A DNA stretch of 64,000 bases from Pirellulales bacterium (GCA_963733035.1 CAVTBU010000007.1:448001-512000); one strand, 5' to 3'. Shown: positions 1-13,826, counted from the first letter of the stretch. The notes: a model not told the origin generated them from the sequence alone. Made by a program: numbers and translations.

Positions 1-1202
1 TCCTCGGAGCTACCTACGGGTAGACCAACCGCCCAGGCAATGCCGTACCAGCCGAAGCTCCCGAGCACGCCGAATAGCGTCATCCACGAAAGAGCGCGCA
101 CTACCACGTTGGCACGACGACGCAGGCTCCAGATTGTGCACGCCAACACGAATGGCAATAGGCCCATGTACAGCGACGGCATCCAGAAGTTCGACTCGGC
201 ATCGAAGGCCGATAACCAACGCCTGTGCGTCGGACCGGGACGCCCCGTGATGTTGGGCCAAATCAATTCGACCGCCCGCCACGGTTCGACACTGAAGTAA
301 TAGACTTTGGCATGATGGCCGCGTGGCGAACCGCCGAGCAAGCCCTTCAATGAAATACCTTCCGTGTCATCGGTACTTTGGGTCCAAGCTTGTGCGAATT
401 CATAGACGCTTCGCGGCTCGTCGTATCGGGCCCTCGCGCTGTAGGGCGACGCCTCGAACGTAGGCAGCGCTTGAATTGCCGCGAGGGCACCGGCCAGGCC
501 CATCCCGGCCACCAACAGCAACGGCCTCGATTTGCGCCAACCGGCGCGGAGTGTGGGGCCCGCTGCTGACACCGCTCGCTTGTCATGGCGCCACAGCAGC
601 AGCGTATAACCGGCTGCGAGCAATGCCGTGTTGTAGGCCATTTGCGGGTCGCCTCCCAACACCATCAGCGCCAGCGTCATGCCAAAGCCCACGGTCGCGG
701 TCGAACGCCGTTCGCGCAGCATCCGATCGGCATACAACAGGGCCAGCGGCAGCCATGCCGCGCCGACCAAAAAGATCACGTTGCAGTACTGGAACAGCAC
801 GCTGCCCGAGAACGCATACGAGAGAGCCGCCACACTGGCCCCCAGCACACCGGCGCGTAGATGCCGGGCCAGCGCATAACTGGTACCGGCCGCCAGCACC
901 ACGTGCAGCACGATGTACAAGTTGTACAGCCAGGTGTAATCCGCCGGCAGCGCGAACAGCAGCTTGCCGGGATAGAACACGCTGGAGGTGTTCTCGGCGA
1001 CCAGCGGCACGCCCAGGTTTTCATAGGGATCCCACAGCGGCAGACGCCCGGCGCCCCACTCCTGGCGAATGTACTGAAACAAGGGGTGATAGAAGTGTGC
1101 CGCGTCGCGAAAGGCGAAACTCGAACCACCCCCCAGGGCCGGCGCGAACAGCCAGACGACGAGCACGCTGGTTAGCAGCAGGATGGTCAATCGGGGTTTC
1201 AA
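1..1202 (-). CDS. YfhO-like polytopic membrane protein (GT-C type), 3' end outside window
   Basis: Absent from the ORF track because there is no stop in the window. Manual translation from TTG 1202 gives LKPRLTILLL...FAFRDAAHFYHPLFQYIRQEWGAGRLPLWDPYENLGVPLVAENTSSVFYPGKL...GGDPQMAY, typical of the YfhO family. Confidence 0.8.
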   Translation of the reverse strand, partial: MKPRLTILLLTSVLVVWLFAPALGGGSSFAFRDAAHFYHPLFQYIRQEWGAGRLPLWDPYENLGVPLVAENTSSVFYPGKLLFALPADYTWLYNLYIVLHVVLAAGTSYALARHLRAGVLGASVAALSYAFSGSVLFQYCNVIFLVGAAWLPLALLYADRMLRERRSTATVGFGMTLALMVLGGDPQMAYNTALLAAGYTLLLWRHDKRAVSAAGPTLRAGWRKSRPLLLVAGMGLAGALAAIQALPTFEASPYSARARYDEPRSVYEFAQAWTQSTDDTEGISLKGLLGGSPRGHHAKVYYFSVEPWRAVELIWPNITGRPGPTHRRWLSAFDAESNFWMPSLYMGLLPFVLACTIWSLRRRANVVVRALSWMTLFGVLGSFGWYGIAWAVGLPVGSSE

Positions 1203-1272
1203 CGAGATCGGCCCGCGCCAGCAAAGAAATGGAAGCCTTAGCTGGCCATCCTAACACGAGCCGAGCCGGCCG

Positions 1273-1578
1273 TTAACGTGCCGGTCCAATTCCCTGGCAA
1301 CGCCGCGCCACCCGCGCCAACTCTCCGCGCAGACGATGGCAATTGGCCACCACGCCCACGACGCTTTCGTCTAAAAACCGTGGGCCCTTGGACTGCCAAG
1401 GCGGCTCGATCGCCGCGGCGTCGACCAACCCCCGCGCCAAACGCGCAAATAGCGACGCCAGCGTCCGGTCGTCCGATTCGGTCACAGCCGCGTCGCGCGG
1501 CGAACCGCCGAGCACTGGTTCGATCTCGATCAGTCCAACCAACTCGCTGCATTGCGGGTAACTAGCGCGATCAGGCAT
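1273..1578 (-). CDS. possible hypothetical protein
   Basis: Co-oriented ORF filling the gap between the FHA and YfhO genes; no recognisable motif. Confidence 0.3.
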   Translation of the reverse strand: MPDRASYPQCSELVGLIEIEPVLGGSPRDAAVTESDDRTLASLFARLARGLVDAAAIEPPWQSKGPRFLDESVVGVVANCHRLRGELARVARRCQGIGPAR

Positions 1579-1589
1579 ACAAGGAGTCT

Positions 1590-2168
1590 TTAGAGTCCGG
1601 CTTTGCGGGATGACGTTTGCGCGATTTGGGCAGATGCGTGAGGTGCCGTGCACGTTTTCGTTGGGACTGGTACCCCTTCTCCGACAAATAAACGCACCGC
1701 TGGCGCCGACTGCCGCTCGATATCGCGGAGCAACCTCTCCAAAGCCCGATCGTTTTCAAGCGAATCGTCCATTTGGCCGAGCAGGCGACGCGGCGCCGGC
1801 TGGCGCACCTGTTCGCAACGCGGCCAGTCAATGCTCACTTGAAACTCGTAGGGTCCCAATTGCACGCGATCGGCGTCCTCGAGCGTTGTCGCGGCAACGG
1901 TCCTGTCGCTCACGCAAAGCGGAGGGCCGCTTCCCAGGTGTCGGATAGTTACTCGCTGCTCGCTCAGATAGAGGTAGCTGTGCAATTCGTCGAAGCGAGG
2001 ATCCCCGAGAACCAGGTCGCAATCCGCTGCCGAGCCGATCAGAAACGCCGCCGAACGAACGTCGCGGCGCTTGTGCCGGGCACGCCCACGCGTGATTTCC
2101 AGGATGACTTTCGGAAGTGAGCTGCCAGCGGGAGACGATTCGCTTGGTGCTGAGTCGGTCGGGTACAT
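1590..2168 (-). CDS. FHA domain protein
   Basis: FLIGSAADCDLVL...HSYL...IRHLGS...LEDADRVQLGPYEFQV matches an FHA pattern, with degenerate phosphothreonine-binding residues. Confidence 0.75.
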   Translation of the reverse strand: MYPTDSAPSESSPAGSSLPKVILEITRGRARHKRRDVRSAAFLIGSAADCDLVLGDPRFDELHSYLYLSEQRVTIRHLGSGPPLCVSDRTVAATTLEDADRVQLGPYEFQVSIDWPRCEQVRQPAPRRLLGQMDDSLENDRALERLLRDIERQSAPAVRLFVGEGVPVPTKTCTAPHASAQIAQTSSRKAGL

Positions 2169-2430
2169 CCTTAGAATCAATCCGGCGGCCAGGGGAAGGT
2201 TTGCCAACCGGCAATTTGCCGGCAGCCGGCGCATCGCAAACGATTTCGATCCGCCTGAAAGCAACTTCGGCAGGCCCTGCCCCGCGCGGTGACTCCGACT
2301 GGCACCGTGGCGCGCGTTTTCGCCGCATGGTGGGTGCGGTGGGTCGACGTAGTCAAGATAGTCCGGCAACGGGCGCAATAATCAAGCGCCAGGCGAACTT
2401 CGGCGTCCGCGGCAAGAGCCTGGGCGGCGC

Positions 2431-2829
2431 CTAGCGAATCCGCTCGGCCAGCCGCACTTGCGCTCGCGCCTGCCGTTCCAGGCGGTCGCGAATCGTTCGG
2501 AGCTCGTCGGTGTCGGCCTTGCGAGCTTTGGCTGACGATAACAGCTCGCGTGCCACCTCGGCATCGAGCGTGGTGGCCGGAACGGCACGGCTCGTCAGCA
2601 CCGAAACGACGTCGTCGGCCACCTGCACGAAGCCGCCGTCAACATAGTAGCGCGTGATTTCCTTGGCTTTGGTGAAACGCAGTTCGCCGTAGCCCAGGCG
2701 GCCGATCAAGGGACTGCGGCCCGGCAGGACACCCAGCTCGCCGTCGTAAAGGGGCAAAGCGACAAAGTCGACCGTGGCTTCCAACGCGGTCGCTTCCGGA
2801 GTGACGACAATCAGTTGCAATTCGGCCAT
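2431..2829 (-). CDS. atpC: ATP synthase epsilon subunit
   Basis: LIVVTPE...GELGVLPG...VDGGFVQV; last gene of the operon. Confidence 0.95.
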   Translation of the reverse strand: MAELQLIVVTPEATALEATVDFVALPLYDGELGVLPGRSPLIGRLGYGELRFTKAKEITRYYVDGGFVQVADDVVSVLTSRAVPATTLDAEVARELLSSAKARKADTDELRTIRDRLERQARAQVRLAERIR

Positions 2830-2900
2830 GTTGGGCTTCCTACGCTGCCAGGCCGGATACGATTCAGACCCTGTCGGACAGCGCGCGAGTTTTCCGTGGT

Positions 2901-5304
<2,404 letters not shown>

Positions 5305-5340
5305 GGTCTTGGTTGCTGACGCGCTTCTGGTGAAACGCGG

Positions 5341-5730
5341 TCAGCGAATAAATCGAATCGTGAGTGGGTAGCGGTAACTAATTCCGGAGCTGACCTTCAC
5401 CGACGCCGTGATCACAAGAACGACATCCGCCAGCACCAAGGCCGGCACTAGCACGAATCCAATCAGGAAAAAACAGGACATCAGCGCTAGCGTCTTGTAG
5501 ATCAGCATCGAAAGTTGAAAGTTCAGCGCCTCCTTACCTTGTTCGTCAATAAACGGGTGTTCGTCTCGTTTCAGCAGCCAGACCACCAGCGGTCCAACAA
5601 AGAAAAACATCGTTACCAGGCCAATCAGTGCCGTTAGGTGACACAGCATGGCCCAGTTTGTGACCTCGGGGGTCAAGGGCGGATATTCCTCGTCATAGGT
5701 CTCCGTGGCGCTATAGGGATTGTTGCTCAT
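5341..5730 (-). CDS. DUF4870 membrane protein
   Basis: WAMLCHL...GPLVVWLLKRDEHPFIDEQGKEALNFQLS...YRYPLTIRFI. Confidence 0.9.
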   Translation of the reverse strand: MSNNPYSATETYDEEYPPLTPEVTNWAMLCHLTALIGLVTMFFFVGPLVVWLLKRDEHPFIDEQGKEALNFQLSMLIYKTLALMSCFFLIGFVLVPALVLADVVLVITASVKVSSGISYRYPLTIRFIR

Positions 5731-5775
5731 GCGTCGTGCCCTCATCTTGAGAAGGCCGCCGAGAGCCGCAAGCCA

Positions 5776-7311
5776 CTACACACGCGCGGTGGCAGGTGCT
5801 CCCTTCTGGCTGAATTGTTTCTGAAACTCGCCGACGGCCTCGCTGACGGCCGCCATGGTGGCTTCGTCAAGGTCCTGCGTTTCTTGGATCTTCTGACGGA
5901 TTTCCGACTTCTGGTCTCGCATGAACGTTAGGAACTGCTTCTCCCACCGCGAGACGGCGTTGATCGGCACCTTGTCGAGGAATCCACGGGTACCGGCAAA
6001 GATAATCAGCACCTGGTCGATCACGTCCAACGGCTCGTATTGACCCTGCTTGAGGATTTCGACCATCCGGTAACCGCGATCAAGCCGCGACTGCGTGGCC
6101 GGGTCCAGATCGGTACCCAGCTGGGCGAACGCTTCCAGTTCGCGGAACGCCGCCAGGTCGAGTCGCAAACCGCCGGCCACCTTCCGCATCGCCTTGATCT
6201 GGGCCGAACCACCCACGCGCGAGACCGACACGCCCACGTTCATGGCCGGGCGAATACCGGCAAAGAACAGGTCCGGCTGCAGATAGATCTGGCCGTCGGT
6301 AATCGAAATCACGTTGGTGGGAATGTAGGCCGACACCTCGCCTTCCAGCGTTTCGATGATCGGCAGCGAAGTGAGCGAACCGCCGCCCAACGCATCGCTC
6401 AATTTGGCCGAACGCTCGAGCAGGCGGCTGTGAGCATAAAACACGTCGCCCGGATAGGCCTCGCGACCTGGCGGACGACGCATCAGCAGCGACAGCTGGC
6501 GGTAGGCCGACGCCTGCTTCGACAAGTCATCGTACACAATCAGCGTGTGCTCGCCCTTGTACATGAAGTACTCGGCCATGGCCGTACCGGCGTACGGAGC
6601 GACGTACTGCAGCGGAGCCGGATCGCTGGCACTGGCCACGATCACCGTGGTGTAGTCCATCGCACCCTTGGAGCGAAGGACTTCAATCACGCCGGCCACG
6701 GTCGATTCTTTCTGACCGACGGCCACGTAGAAGCACTTCACGCCCGAGTTCTTCTGATTGATGATCGCGTCGATCCCGATCGCCGTCTTGCCGGTCTTGC
6801 GGTCGCCAATGATCAACTCGCGCTGGCCCCGTCCGATCGGGGTCATCGAGTCGATGGCCTTGATGCCGGTCTGCAGCGGCTGCTTCACCGGCTGGCGCTC
6901 GGCCACGCCGGGAGCCATGGTTTCCACGTCGCGGCGCTCGCTGGTGACAATCGGCCCCTTCCCGTCGAGCGGGTTGCCCAGCGGATCGACCACGCGGCCG
7001 ATCACGGCATCGCCCACCGGCACGCTCAGCAGCTTGCCGGTGCTTTTGACTTCGTCCCCTTCGGTAATCTTCAGGTAGTCACCGAGAATGATGACGCCCA
7101 CCGAATTCTCTTCGAGGTTAAACGCCAGACCAATGGTGCCACCGGGGAACTCGACCATTTCACCGGCCATCACGCCCGACAGTCCGTAGACCCGCGCAAT
7201 GCCGTCGCCCACCTCGAGCACGCGACCAACTTCGCGCACGTCGATCTGGGACTGGTAGTTTTCAATTTCCGCCTGAATGACGGAAGCGATCTCGTCGGCT
7301 CTGAATTTCAT
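5776..7311 (-). CDS. atpA: ATP synthase alpha subunit
   Basis: [28 protein letters not shown]. Confidence 0.99.
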   Translation of the reverse strand: MKFRADEIASVIQAEIENYQSQIDVREVGRVLEVGDGIARVYGLSGVMAGEMVEFPGGTIGLAFNLEENSVGVIILGDYLKITEGDEVKSTGKLLSVPVGDAVIGRVVDPLGNPLDGKGPIVTSERRDVETMAPGVAERQPVKQPLQTGIKAIDSMTPIGRGQRELIIGDRKTGKTAIGIDAIINQKNSGVKCFYVAVGQKESTVAGVIEVLRSKGAMDYTTVIVASASDPAPLQYVAPYAGTAMAEYFMYKGEHTLIVYDDLSKQASAYRQLSLLMRRPPGREAYPGDVFYAHSRLLERSAKLSDALGGGSLTSLPIIETLEGEVSAYIPTNVISITDGQIYLQPDLFFAGIRPAMNVGVSVSRVGGSAQIKAMRKVAGGLRLDLAAFRELEAFAQLGTDLDPATQSRLDRGYRMVEILKQGQYEPLDVIDQVLIIFAGTRGFLDKVPINAVSRWEKQFLTFMRDQKSEIRQKIQETQDLDEATMAAVSEAVGEFQKQFSQKGAPATARV

Positions 7312-7897
7312 GGACGCTCCTGTTGATCATCTGCTCGCGGACCTGATGAAGTTGCCGGGCCACGGAGCCATCGTAAACGGTGTCGCCGACGCGCAGCACC
7401 ACCCCGCCAATCAGCGCTGGATCGACGGCCGGACGCACCAGCGGCTGCCCACCCAAGATGCGGTGGAGCGAGGCCTCCAGTGCGCTCGCCTCGGCGTCGT
7501 CGAGCGGAGTGGCGGTGAACACGTCGACACGCACGCGGCCGCGCAACGCGTCGTAGAGTTTCTGCACCTCTGCGTACACGGCGCGGGTGATTTCCAGCCG
7601 GCCGTGATGGGAAAGAACCTTGAGAAAGTCGAGTACCAACGGCGACAGCTTGCCGCCGAAAACGCGATCCAGGATTTGCACCTTCTCCTCGTGCGGCACC
7701 AAGGCCGAGGCCAGTACCGCCTCGAATTTGGGATTGGCGGCCAGCGCCGCGGCCACGGACTCGAGCTCCGCAACCGCGCCGTCGGTGGCACCCTTGGCTT
7801 CGGCGGCGCCCAGGAACGACTGGGCGTAGATCGCCGCGACCCGTTGGGCGCCGACGTTGACGGCTTTCGAATTGTCGCTTGCGGCCTTGTCGATCAT
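7262..7897 (-). CDS. atpH: ATP synthase delta subunit
   Basis: YAQSFL...[22 protein letters not shown]; overlaps atpA by 50 nt. Confidence 0.95.
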   Translation of the reverse strand: MIDKAASDNSKAVNVGAQRVAAIYAQSFLGAAEAKGATDGAVAELESVAAALAANPKFEAVLASALVPHEEKVQILDRVFGGKLSPLVLDFLKVLSHHGRLEITRAVYAEVQKLYDALRGRVRVDVFTATPLDDAEASALEASLHRILGGQPLVRPAVDPALIGGVVLRVGDTVYDGSVARQLHQVREQMINRSVHEIQSRRDRFRHSGGN

Positions 7898-7918
7898 GGC
7901 CTGACCTGCCGTGCGGGG

Positions 7919-8614
7919 TTAGTTGTTGCTAGAGGCGTTGGCCGGAAACTTGGCCATTGCTTCCTGGATCAGCCGAGCGTGGTCGTCCTTCGACAGTTGC
8001 GCCGCCACGATCTTGCCGGCCAATTCCACCGCCAACTGGCTGCTGCGCTCGGCCAGCGTTTCCAGGGCGGCATCCGCGGCCGACTCGATATCGCGCAAGG
8101 CTCGGGCCTTTTCCGCCTCGGCCCCCTGCCTCGCCTCGGCCAAGATCGACTGCTTGGTGTGCTCGGCGTCGCGACGGGCTTCGTCGAGCAACTCACGCAC
8201 CTCGTTGGCCGCGTCGGCTAGCTTCCGTTCGTAGTCGGCCAGCAGCAGCCGGGCCTGTTCGTGATTTCGCTCGGCCTGCGAAATGTGCTCGGCAATGCCG
8301 TGCTCGCGCCGTTCGAGCGCCTGCATGATCGGCCCCCAGGCAAACTTACGGAGCACCACCAGCAGCACCAGGAACACAACGAACGTGAAGATCGCCAGGT
8401 CGGGATCGATCGACAGCGGATCGGTCGAGGCATTGCCATGACTCGGATCCGAATGCAGGGCATGCTCGACCTCCTCGCCGGCACGTTCCAAGCCATGTTC
8501 GACCTTCTCGACAATACCCTCGTCTGCCGCAACCTCGGCCGCCGCGGGGCCCAACAGGACCCACGTCGTGCCGCATCCGAGCGCCAAACAAACCATCAGG
8601 CGAGCCAGGCTCAT
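7919..8614 (-). CDS. atpF: ATP synthase Fo subunit b with N-terminal extension
   Basis: FLVLLVVLRKFAWGPIMQALERRE followed by a coiled coil. Confidence 0.95.
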   Translation of the reverse strand: MSLARLMVCLALGCGTTWVLLGPAAAEVAADEGIVEKVEHGLERAGEEVEHALHSDPSHGNASTDPLSIDPDLAIFTFVVFLVLLVVLRKFAWGPIMQALERREHGIAEHISQAERNHEQARLLLADYERKLADAANEVRELLDEARRDAEHTKQSILAEARQGAEAEKARALRDIESAADAALETLAERSSQLAVELAGKIVAAQLSKDDHARLIQEAMAKFPANASSNN

Positions 8615-8653
8615 AGCGTCCTCGCAACGTCTCAAAAGTTAAAGACTCGAAAC

Positions 8654-8989
<336 letters not shown>

Positions 8990-9054
8990 CTAAAGTCACT
9001 GTAAGAAGAAGGTCGTTAGTCGAAGGTAAACGCTCGCGACGCTGCCCGGGGGCA

Positions 9055-10033
9055 CTAGTGCGGGTGGACCGCCATGCCAATGAACAGCGCCGATAAAAAG
9101 GTGAAAATGTACGCCTGCAAGAATGCCACGAACAGCTCCAGCAGGCTCAGCGCCACGGCGCCCAAGATGCTGGCCGGCATAACCGCATACCAGGCCAAGC
9201 TAGCCGCACTGGCCGCGATGAACGCCAGGATCACGGCCAGCACCAGGTGCCCGGCCATCATGTTCGCCAAAAGACGCATGGCCAGGATGAAATGCTTGAT
9301 GCCCAGGCCCATCACTTCAATCACGAAGATCATCGGCTTGAGCAAGATCGCCAAGGCCGGCGGCAAATCCATGTGCGGCACCTGGCCGACCCAAAATCCG
9401 ACCGGCCCCAGTTTCGCCATGCCTGAGAAAATGACGGTCGCAAACGTCAAAAACGCCAGCGCGCCGGTCGTGGCCAGGGCCCCCGTCGCCGAGCCGGCCC
9501 AGGGAAGCATGCCGAACAGGTTGCAGGAGAGCACGAAGAAAAACAGCGTCAACAGAAACGGCATGAACCGATCCGCGTCGTGACCGCCGATGGCCGGGCG
9601 CGCCACGTCGTCGCGAATGAACACCACCATCGCCTCCAGGGCATTGGTCAGCGCCTTTCGGACGGTCCGCTCGCCGCAGTCGCAGCGCCAACCAACTGAA
9701 CACCAGAATCATTAACACCGCGGCCACCAGCTCCAGGACCATGAATTTGGTCACCTTGAACTCAAGCGGCTCGATGCGGTCGTCGATGGGCTCGAAGCCG
9801 ATGTGGATCGTGTACGGCTTGCCTTCGTAGAACTGCGGAATCTGGATCTTGCCACCCAGAAAACGAGGCAGCTCGAAATAGTCCGCGTCCTTGACGTGGC
9901 CGATCAGGTGACTCGCCTCGAGCGGGTCGTGGGCATGGTGCTGGCCGTGTGCGGCCGGGCCGGCGTGCGCTGCGGCATCATGTCCTGCGGCATCTTCGTG
10001 CCCGGCGTGTTCGTCGTGCTGCGGATCGGCCAT
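9055..10033 (-). CDS. atpB: ATP synthase Fo subunit a (frameshift near 9653, probably a sequencing error)
   Basis: 5' ORF (HVKD...TKFMVLELVAA...DRPKG) joins 3' ORF (LTNALEAMVVFIRDD...MRLLANMMAGH...LQAYIFTFLS). Confidence 0.95.
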
Positions 10034-10036
10034 GCT

Positions 10037-10468
10037 CTAGAGCGCCTTGTTCGATTGCAACGTGGTCTGCACGTGAGCCAGCAGCAGCATCGTTTCCACG
10101 ACCAGGCTGACCAGGTAGCTCACCAACAGGTAATAAATGAAGCCGGCGTCGGCCAGGGCCGCGACACGCGTTTGCAACAAGGCGCCCACGACCAGCGGCA
10201 TCATGGCCCGAGCCAGCATTCCCACCACCAGTCGATGCATCGCGGCCGATGGGCCTTGCAGCACGGCGGCCACCAGCAGGGCCAACAGAGCGCCGACCCA
10301 GCAGATGCCCGCCGCGACCGCGGCCGCAACCAGGGCCGGCGTTCCGAAGATCGAGGACCCGATCGGCGCAACGATCAGCCAAGTTGCGCCCAGCGCGACC
10401 GAAACCAAAACCGCCTGGGCTGCGAGCCCCAGGCTGCCTAGCCTACTGATCACGTTTCGCTCGGTCAT
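10037..10468 (-). CDS. AtpI-like 4-TM protein
   Basis: Four hydrophobic segments, directly upstream of atpB. Confidence 0.7.
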   Translation of the reverse strand: MTERNVISRLGSLGLAAQAVLVSVALGATWLIVAPIGSSIFGTPALVAAAVAAGICWVGALLALLVAAVLQGPSAAMHRLVVGMLARAMMPLVVGALLQTRVAALADAGFIYYLLVSYLVSLVVETMLLLAHVQTTLQSNKAL

Positions 10469-10727
10469 CACCACTGGTCTCGCCCGAAGTATCTCTGCCT
10501 TTGGCGATTCGCATCAGTTGCAGCGCCGCCAAGGTTCCCCCCAAAGCGAACCCCGCAAGCAAGAACAAAACCCGCGTCCCCAGCCATTTGTCCACCCAGT
10601 AGCCCATCAGGCCAGGCACAACCATCTCGGCCGAAATGGTCATGATGGTCGCCGACCACTCCAAGGCGATTGCCAGCGGTGACCGGTTGTCAGCGGGATT
10701 TGCCACAGATTGCGGTGACTCTGCCAA
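10443..10727 (-). CDS. AtpZ/AtpI family (ATPase gene 1) protein
   Basis: PGLMGYWVDKWLGT...LLAGFALG motif; first gene of the operon. Confidence 0.85.
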   Translation of the reverse strand: MAESPQSVANPADNRSPLAIALEWSATIMTISAEMVVPGLMGYWVDKWLGTRVLFLLAGFALGGTLAALQLMRIAKGRDTSGETSGDDRAKRDQ

Positions 10728-10815
10728 AAAACGGCTCTGCCGGCGGGCTTTTTTGCCCGTTGCGTTCCGCCCGGAAGATACCCCCAGAAGTCGCTTTCAA
10801 ATCCGTAAGGCTGGC

Positions 10816-10844
10816 ATCCTAATAGGCTCTAAAGTGAGTGTCAA
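10816..10844 (-). promoter_or_regulatory. sigma70-type promoter of the atp operon
   Basis: TTGACA-N17-TAGGAT on the minus strand, about 90 nt upstream of the first atp gene. Confidence 0.65.
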
Positions 10845-11481
10845 TCGGCCCCTGGGTCAAAATTGTGTTTTTTTTCACAAAGTCATTATTCGGAGCGTCG
10901 CCCCCCCTGTCAAACCCCATTTCGTCTGGCAAAAGTGGGCAACGGCAGGTCTGTTTTGCCCCGCCGGGCGGTCAAAATGACGCCGCGAAGTGCCCTCCCG
11001 GGGCTCTGGAGCGTGTGTCTGTTCGGGTCGCGCAGAATGCGTAAAGCTAGCGGACATAAGGGTTCCGGTGCGGTTTCCCGCCTGCAGGGGGGGCGTTGCG
11101 TTTTCGCGCGCATTTGAGTACACTCAAGATGTGCGAGGTTGATGTGCTTCCCCGGGGATAGCAGCCTGGAGCGAGTACCCCACCTTGGCGAAGTGGGCTG
11201 ATTGCAAATCGAACGCACGGCACCCCCCAAGCCGTGCCTCCATTGCAGGGACCCTCGGTACACTTCGCCTCTACCGCAAGCGGATCCTCAAAGCATTGAC
11301 GCATTTGTTGTAGCTTGAAGAGCCGCAGCAACTTGGGTCACCTCATGCGGCTAAGGACTGCCCGCCGAGGGTGCGAGCGTGTTTCCAGTCAAGGACGACG
11401 CTCAAACCATAGACTTCCTGCCCGGGCGTAAGCTGAAGACCAGCAGCGCTGACAGGGGCGAACGCGGAGGTAAGTCCATTG

Positions 11482-12611
11482 ATGACCCCAGCAGCCCTCA
11501 AATCCTACTCTCACAAAGACTTGGCGCAAATGGCCAAGCGCGACGGCGTTCGCGGCTGGCACAGCATGCGAAAGGACCAACTCGTCAAAGCCCTGTTGTC
11601 CTCCGCCAAGGCCAAGTCCGCTACTTCCAGTTCCGCAGCCGCCTCGAAGAAGTCGGCCTCATCCAGTCAGCGATCCTCCGCCAAGTCGAACGGCCGCGCC
11701 CGGCGCCCAAGGCCAGCGCCCGAGTCCAGCGACACATCAGCAAGATTCGCAAGAAACTCGAGCGCTTTAAAAACGTGGCATCAGAAAATGGCAAAGCGAA
11801 ATCAAACGGTGCCATCAAGGAGCGGATCGTCGTGATGGTGCGCGATCCGTTCTGGTTGCATGCCTATTGGGAGATTAAGCGTCATAGCGTCGAGCGCGTG
11901 CAAGCCGCGATGGGCGCCGAGTGGCACACGGCCAAGCCGATCCTGCGGTTGCTCGAAGTGCACGACGGCGGCAGCGCCAGCGTTAGCGAGCGCGTGGTAC
12001 GCGATATTGAAATCCACGGCGGCGTCAGCAACTGGTATGTGCACGTCGACAACTCGCCCTCCAGCTACCGCTTGGAACTCGGCTACACGGGTTCGGGCGA
12101 TCGCTTTTTTCCGCTGGTCCGTTCCAACGTCGTGACAACTCCCGAGCCGGGTTCAAGTGACGCGATCGATGAAAACTGGTCGGACGTGGCGGAAAACTTT
12201 GACAAAATTTACGCCATGAGTGGCGGCTATTCGCCCGACAACAACAGCCTGGAGCTGCAAGAACTTTTCGAAGAGCGGCTGCGACGTCCGATGGGATCGC
12301 CCATGGTGACCCGCTATGGCGCGGCGACGCCGGCCTTGCTGAACCATTCGCAATCGCTCAGGTTCGAGGTCGACGCCGAGATGATTGTCTATGGCGTGAC
12401 AAATCCCGATACGCACGTCAGCTTGCGCGGCGAGCCGGTCAAAATTCGCCCCGACGGCACCTTTACCGTCCGCATGAGCCTGCCGAATCAGCGGCAGGTC
12501 ATTCCGGTGGTAGCCAGTGCCGCCAACGGGGCCGAACAGCGCACGATCGTGTTGGCCGTCGAGCGCAACACGAAGGTCATGGAACCTTTGACGCGCGAAG
12601 CGAACGAATAA
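11482..12611 (+). CDS. DUF4912 protein with N-terminal Rho-N-like domain (frameshift near 11700)
   Basis: GGAGG RBS; KDLAQMAKRDGVRGWHSMRKDQLVKAL in one frame, MVRDPFWLHAYWEI...NWYV...VRSNVVTTP in the next. Confidence 0.85.
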
Positions 12612-12779
12612 CCGCCTCGCACGGCCATCGAGCTTCCGCCGGCACGGTTCACGTCGTCGTCGTATATTTGGTTTGCGCGCCGCGGCGGGCCTCTCTCGCC
12701 CGACGGCGACTCCTTGTATAGACTGGCGTCACGGGAACTGGAAAATCGCCTTCGCTCGAATCCGTTTTGGAAGGTTTGC

Positions 12780-13583
12780 GTGTCCAAGGATATTTCCAAG
12801 ACGTTGGATGGTTGGCAGTACGATCCCGATCGGATCTCGGTACGCATTGTCCAGGGCGACGATGGTCGCGATAAGATCCAGCTGCGTCTCGACTTGGGAC
12901 TCTTGCAAATGGATTTCGATGGCCGCCCAGACGGTCAGCGCGTGGCTGGCTGCGCCTCGTGGCTTGATTTCTATGAGCGGCAACGCCAAAAGCACGAAGC
13001 CGATGATCCCGAGGGCGAGCCGTTCGTGCTCGATTCGGAAGACTGCCAGCGACTGCTCCGCGAAGGGATTCAGTATTACCATCGCTACGTCAGCTTCTGG
13101 CATCTTGAGCGGTACGAGCTCTGTGCCCGGGACACGAACCGCAATTTGCGGTTGTTTTCCTTCGTGCGCCAGTACGCACGAAATGAGAAGGACAAGTTGC
13201 AGTTCGATCAGTGGCGGCCCTATGTAACGATGATGCATGCCCGGGCCGTGGCCACACCATTGGTTGGACTACGCGACTACACGGCGGCCGTCGGGGCTAT
13301 TGACGCGGCTATCGACGGGATCCGCGACTTTCTGGCGCAGTACGATCAATCGCAAAACGCGGACAACTGCAACGAGCTGTCGTTTTTGCTGAAATGGCGC
13401 GAGGAAATCGTTTCCAAGACGAGTGGCGAGCTCCGAGAAGAACCCTACAACCCCCTGGCGCACTTGCAGTCCGAGCTGGAGCTGGCCGTCAGCGAGGAGC
13501 GTTTTGAAGACGCCGCCCGTCTGCGCGACACCATTCGCCAGCACGCCAAGGGCTCGATTGAGGGGGGGCCACAGGGCATTTGA
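12780..13583 (+). CDS. UvrB/UvrC-motif protein conserved in PVC bacteria
   Basis: IQLRLDLGLLQM..DGRPDG, LLREGIQYYHRY, C-terminal LELAVSEERFEDAARLRD. Confidence 0.85.
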   Translation: MSKDISKTLDGWQYDPDRISVRIVQGDDGRDKIQLRLDLGLLQMDFDGRPDGQRVAGCASWLDFYERQRQKHEADDPEGEPFVLDSEDCQRLLREGIQYYHRYVSFWHLERYELCARDTNRNLRLFSFVRQYARNEKDKLQFDQWRPYVTMMHARAVATPLVGLRDYTAAVGAIDAAIDGIRDFLAQYDQSQNADNCNELSFLLKWREEIVSKTSGELREEPYNPLAHLQSELELAVSEERFEDAARLRDTIRQHAKGSIEGGPQGI

Positions 13584-13610
13584 TCGACGATCACTGCGGC
13601 CCGTAAATGT

Positions 13611-13638
13611 TTGACAGCCTATCGCGGCTAATTACAAT
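13611..13638 (+). promoter_or_regulatory. sigma70-type promoter
   Basis: TTGACA-N16-TACAAT. Confidence 0.55.
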
Positions 13639-13826
13639 GAAGTCTTGATGTTGCGCTCGACCGCCAGGTGTCTTTTCTGGCAATTTTTCCGATCCGTCCC
13701 AGGGGTTGGTTGCGGTCGATAGCGCGTCGGAACAGAATCGTCTCGGAACAGAAACGTCCAGTCCCCGTTTGCGTCGCGGTTGGCCCCGCCTGCCGCGTCG
13801 CGAATTCTCCGAGGAGCACATTCTCA

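Noticed and set aside
6040..8221. Long plus-strand ORFs opposite atpA/H/F, and similar ones opposite ettA, guaA, SNF2 and the SDR
   Set aside because: Shadow ORFs of well-supported genes.
9055..10033. atpB and other split genes as true pseudogenes or programmed frameshifts
   Set aside because: Both halves are intact, there is no slippery heptamer, and the shared GCGC context points to sequencing error.
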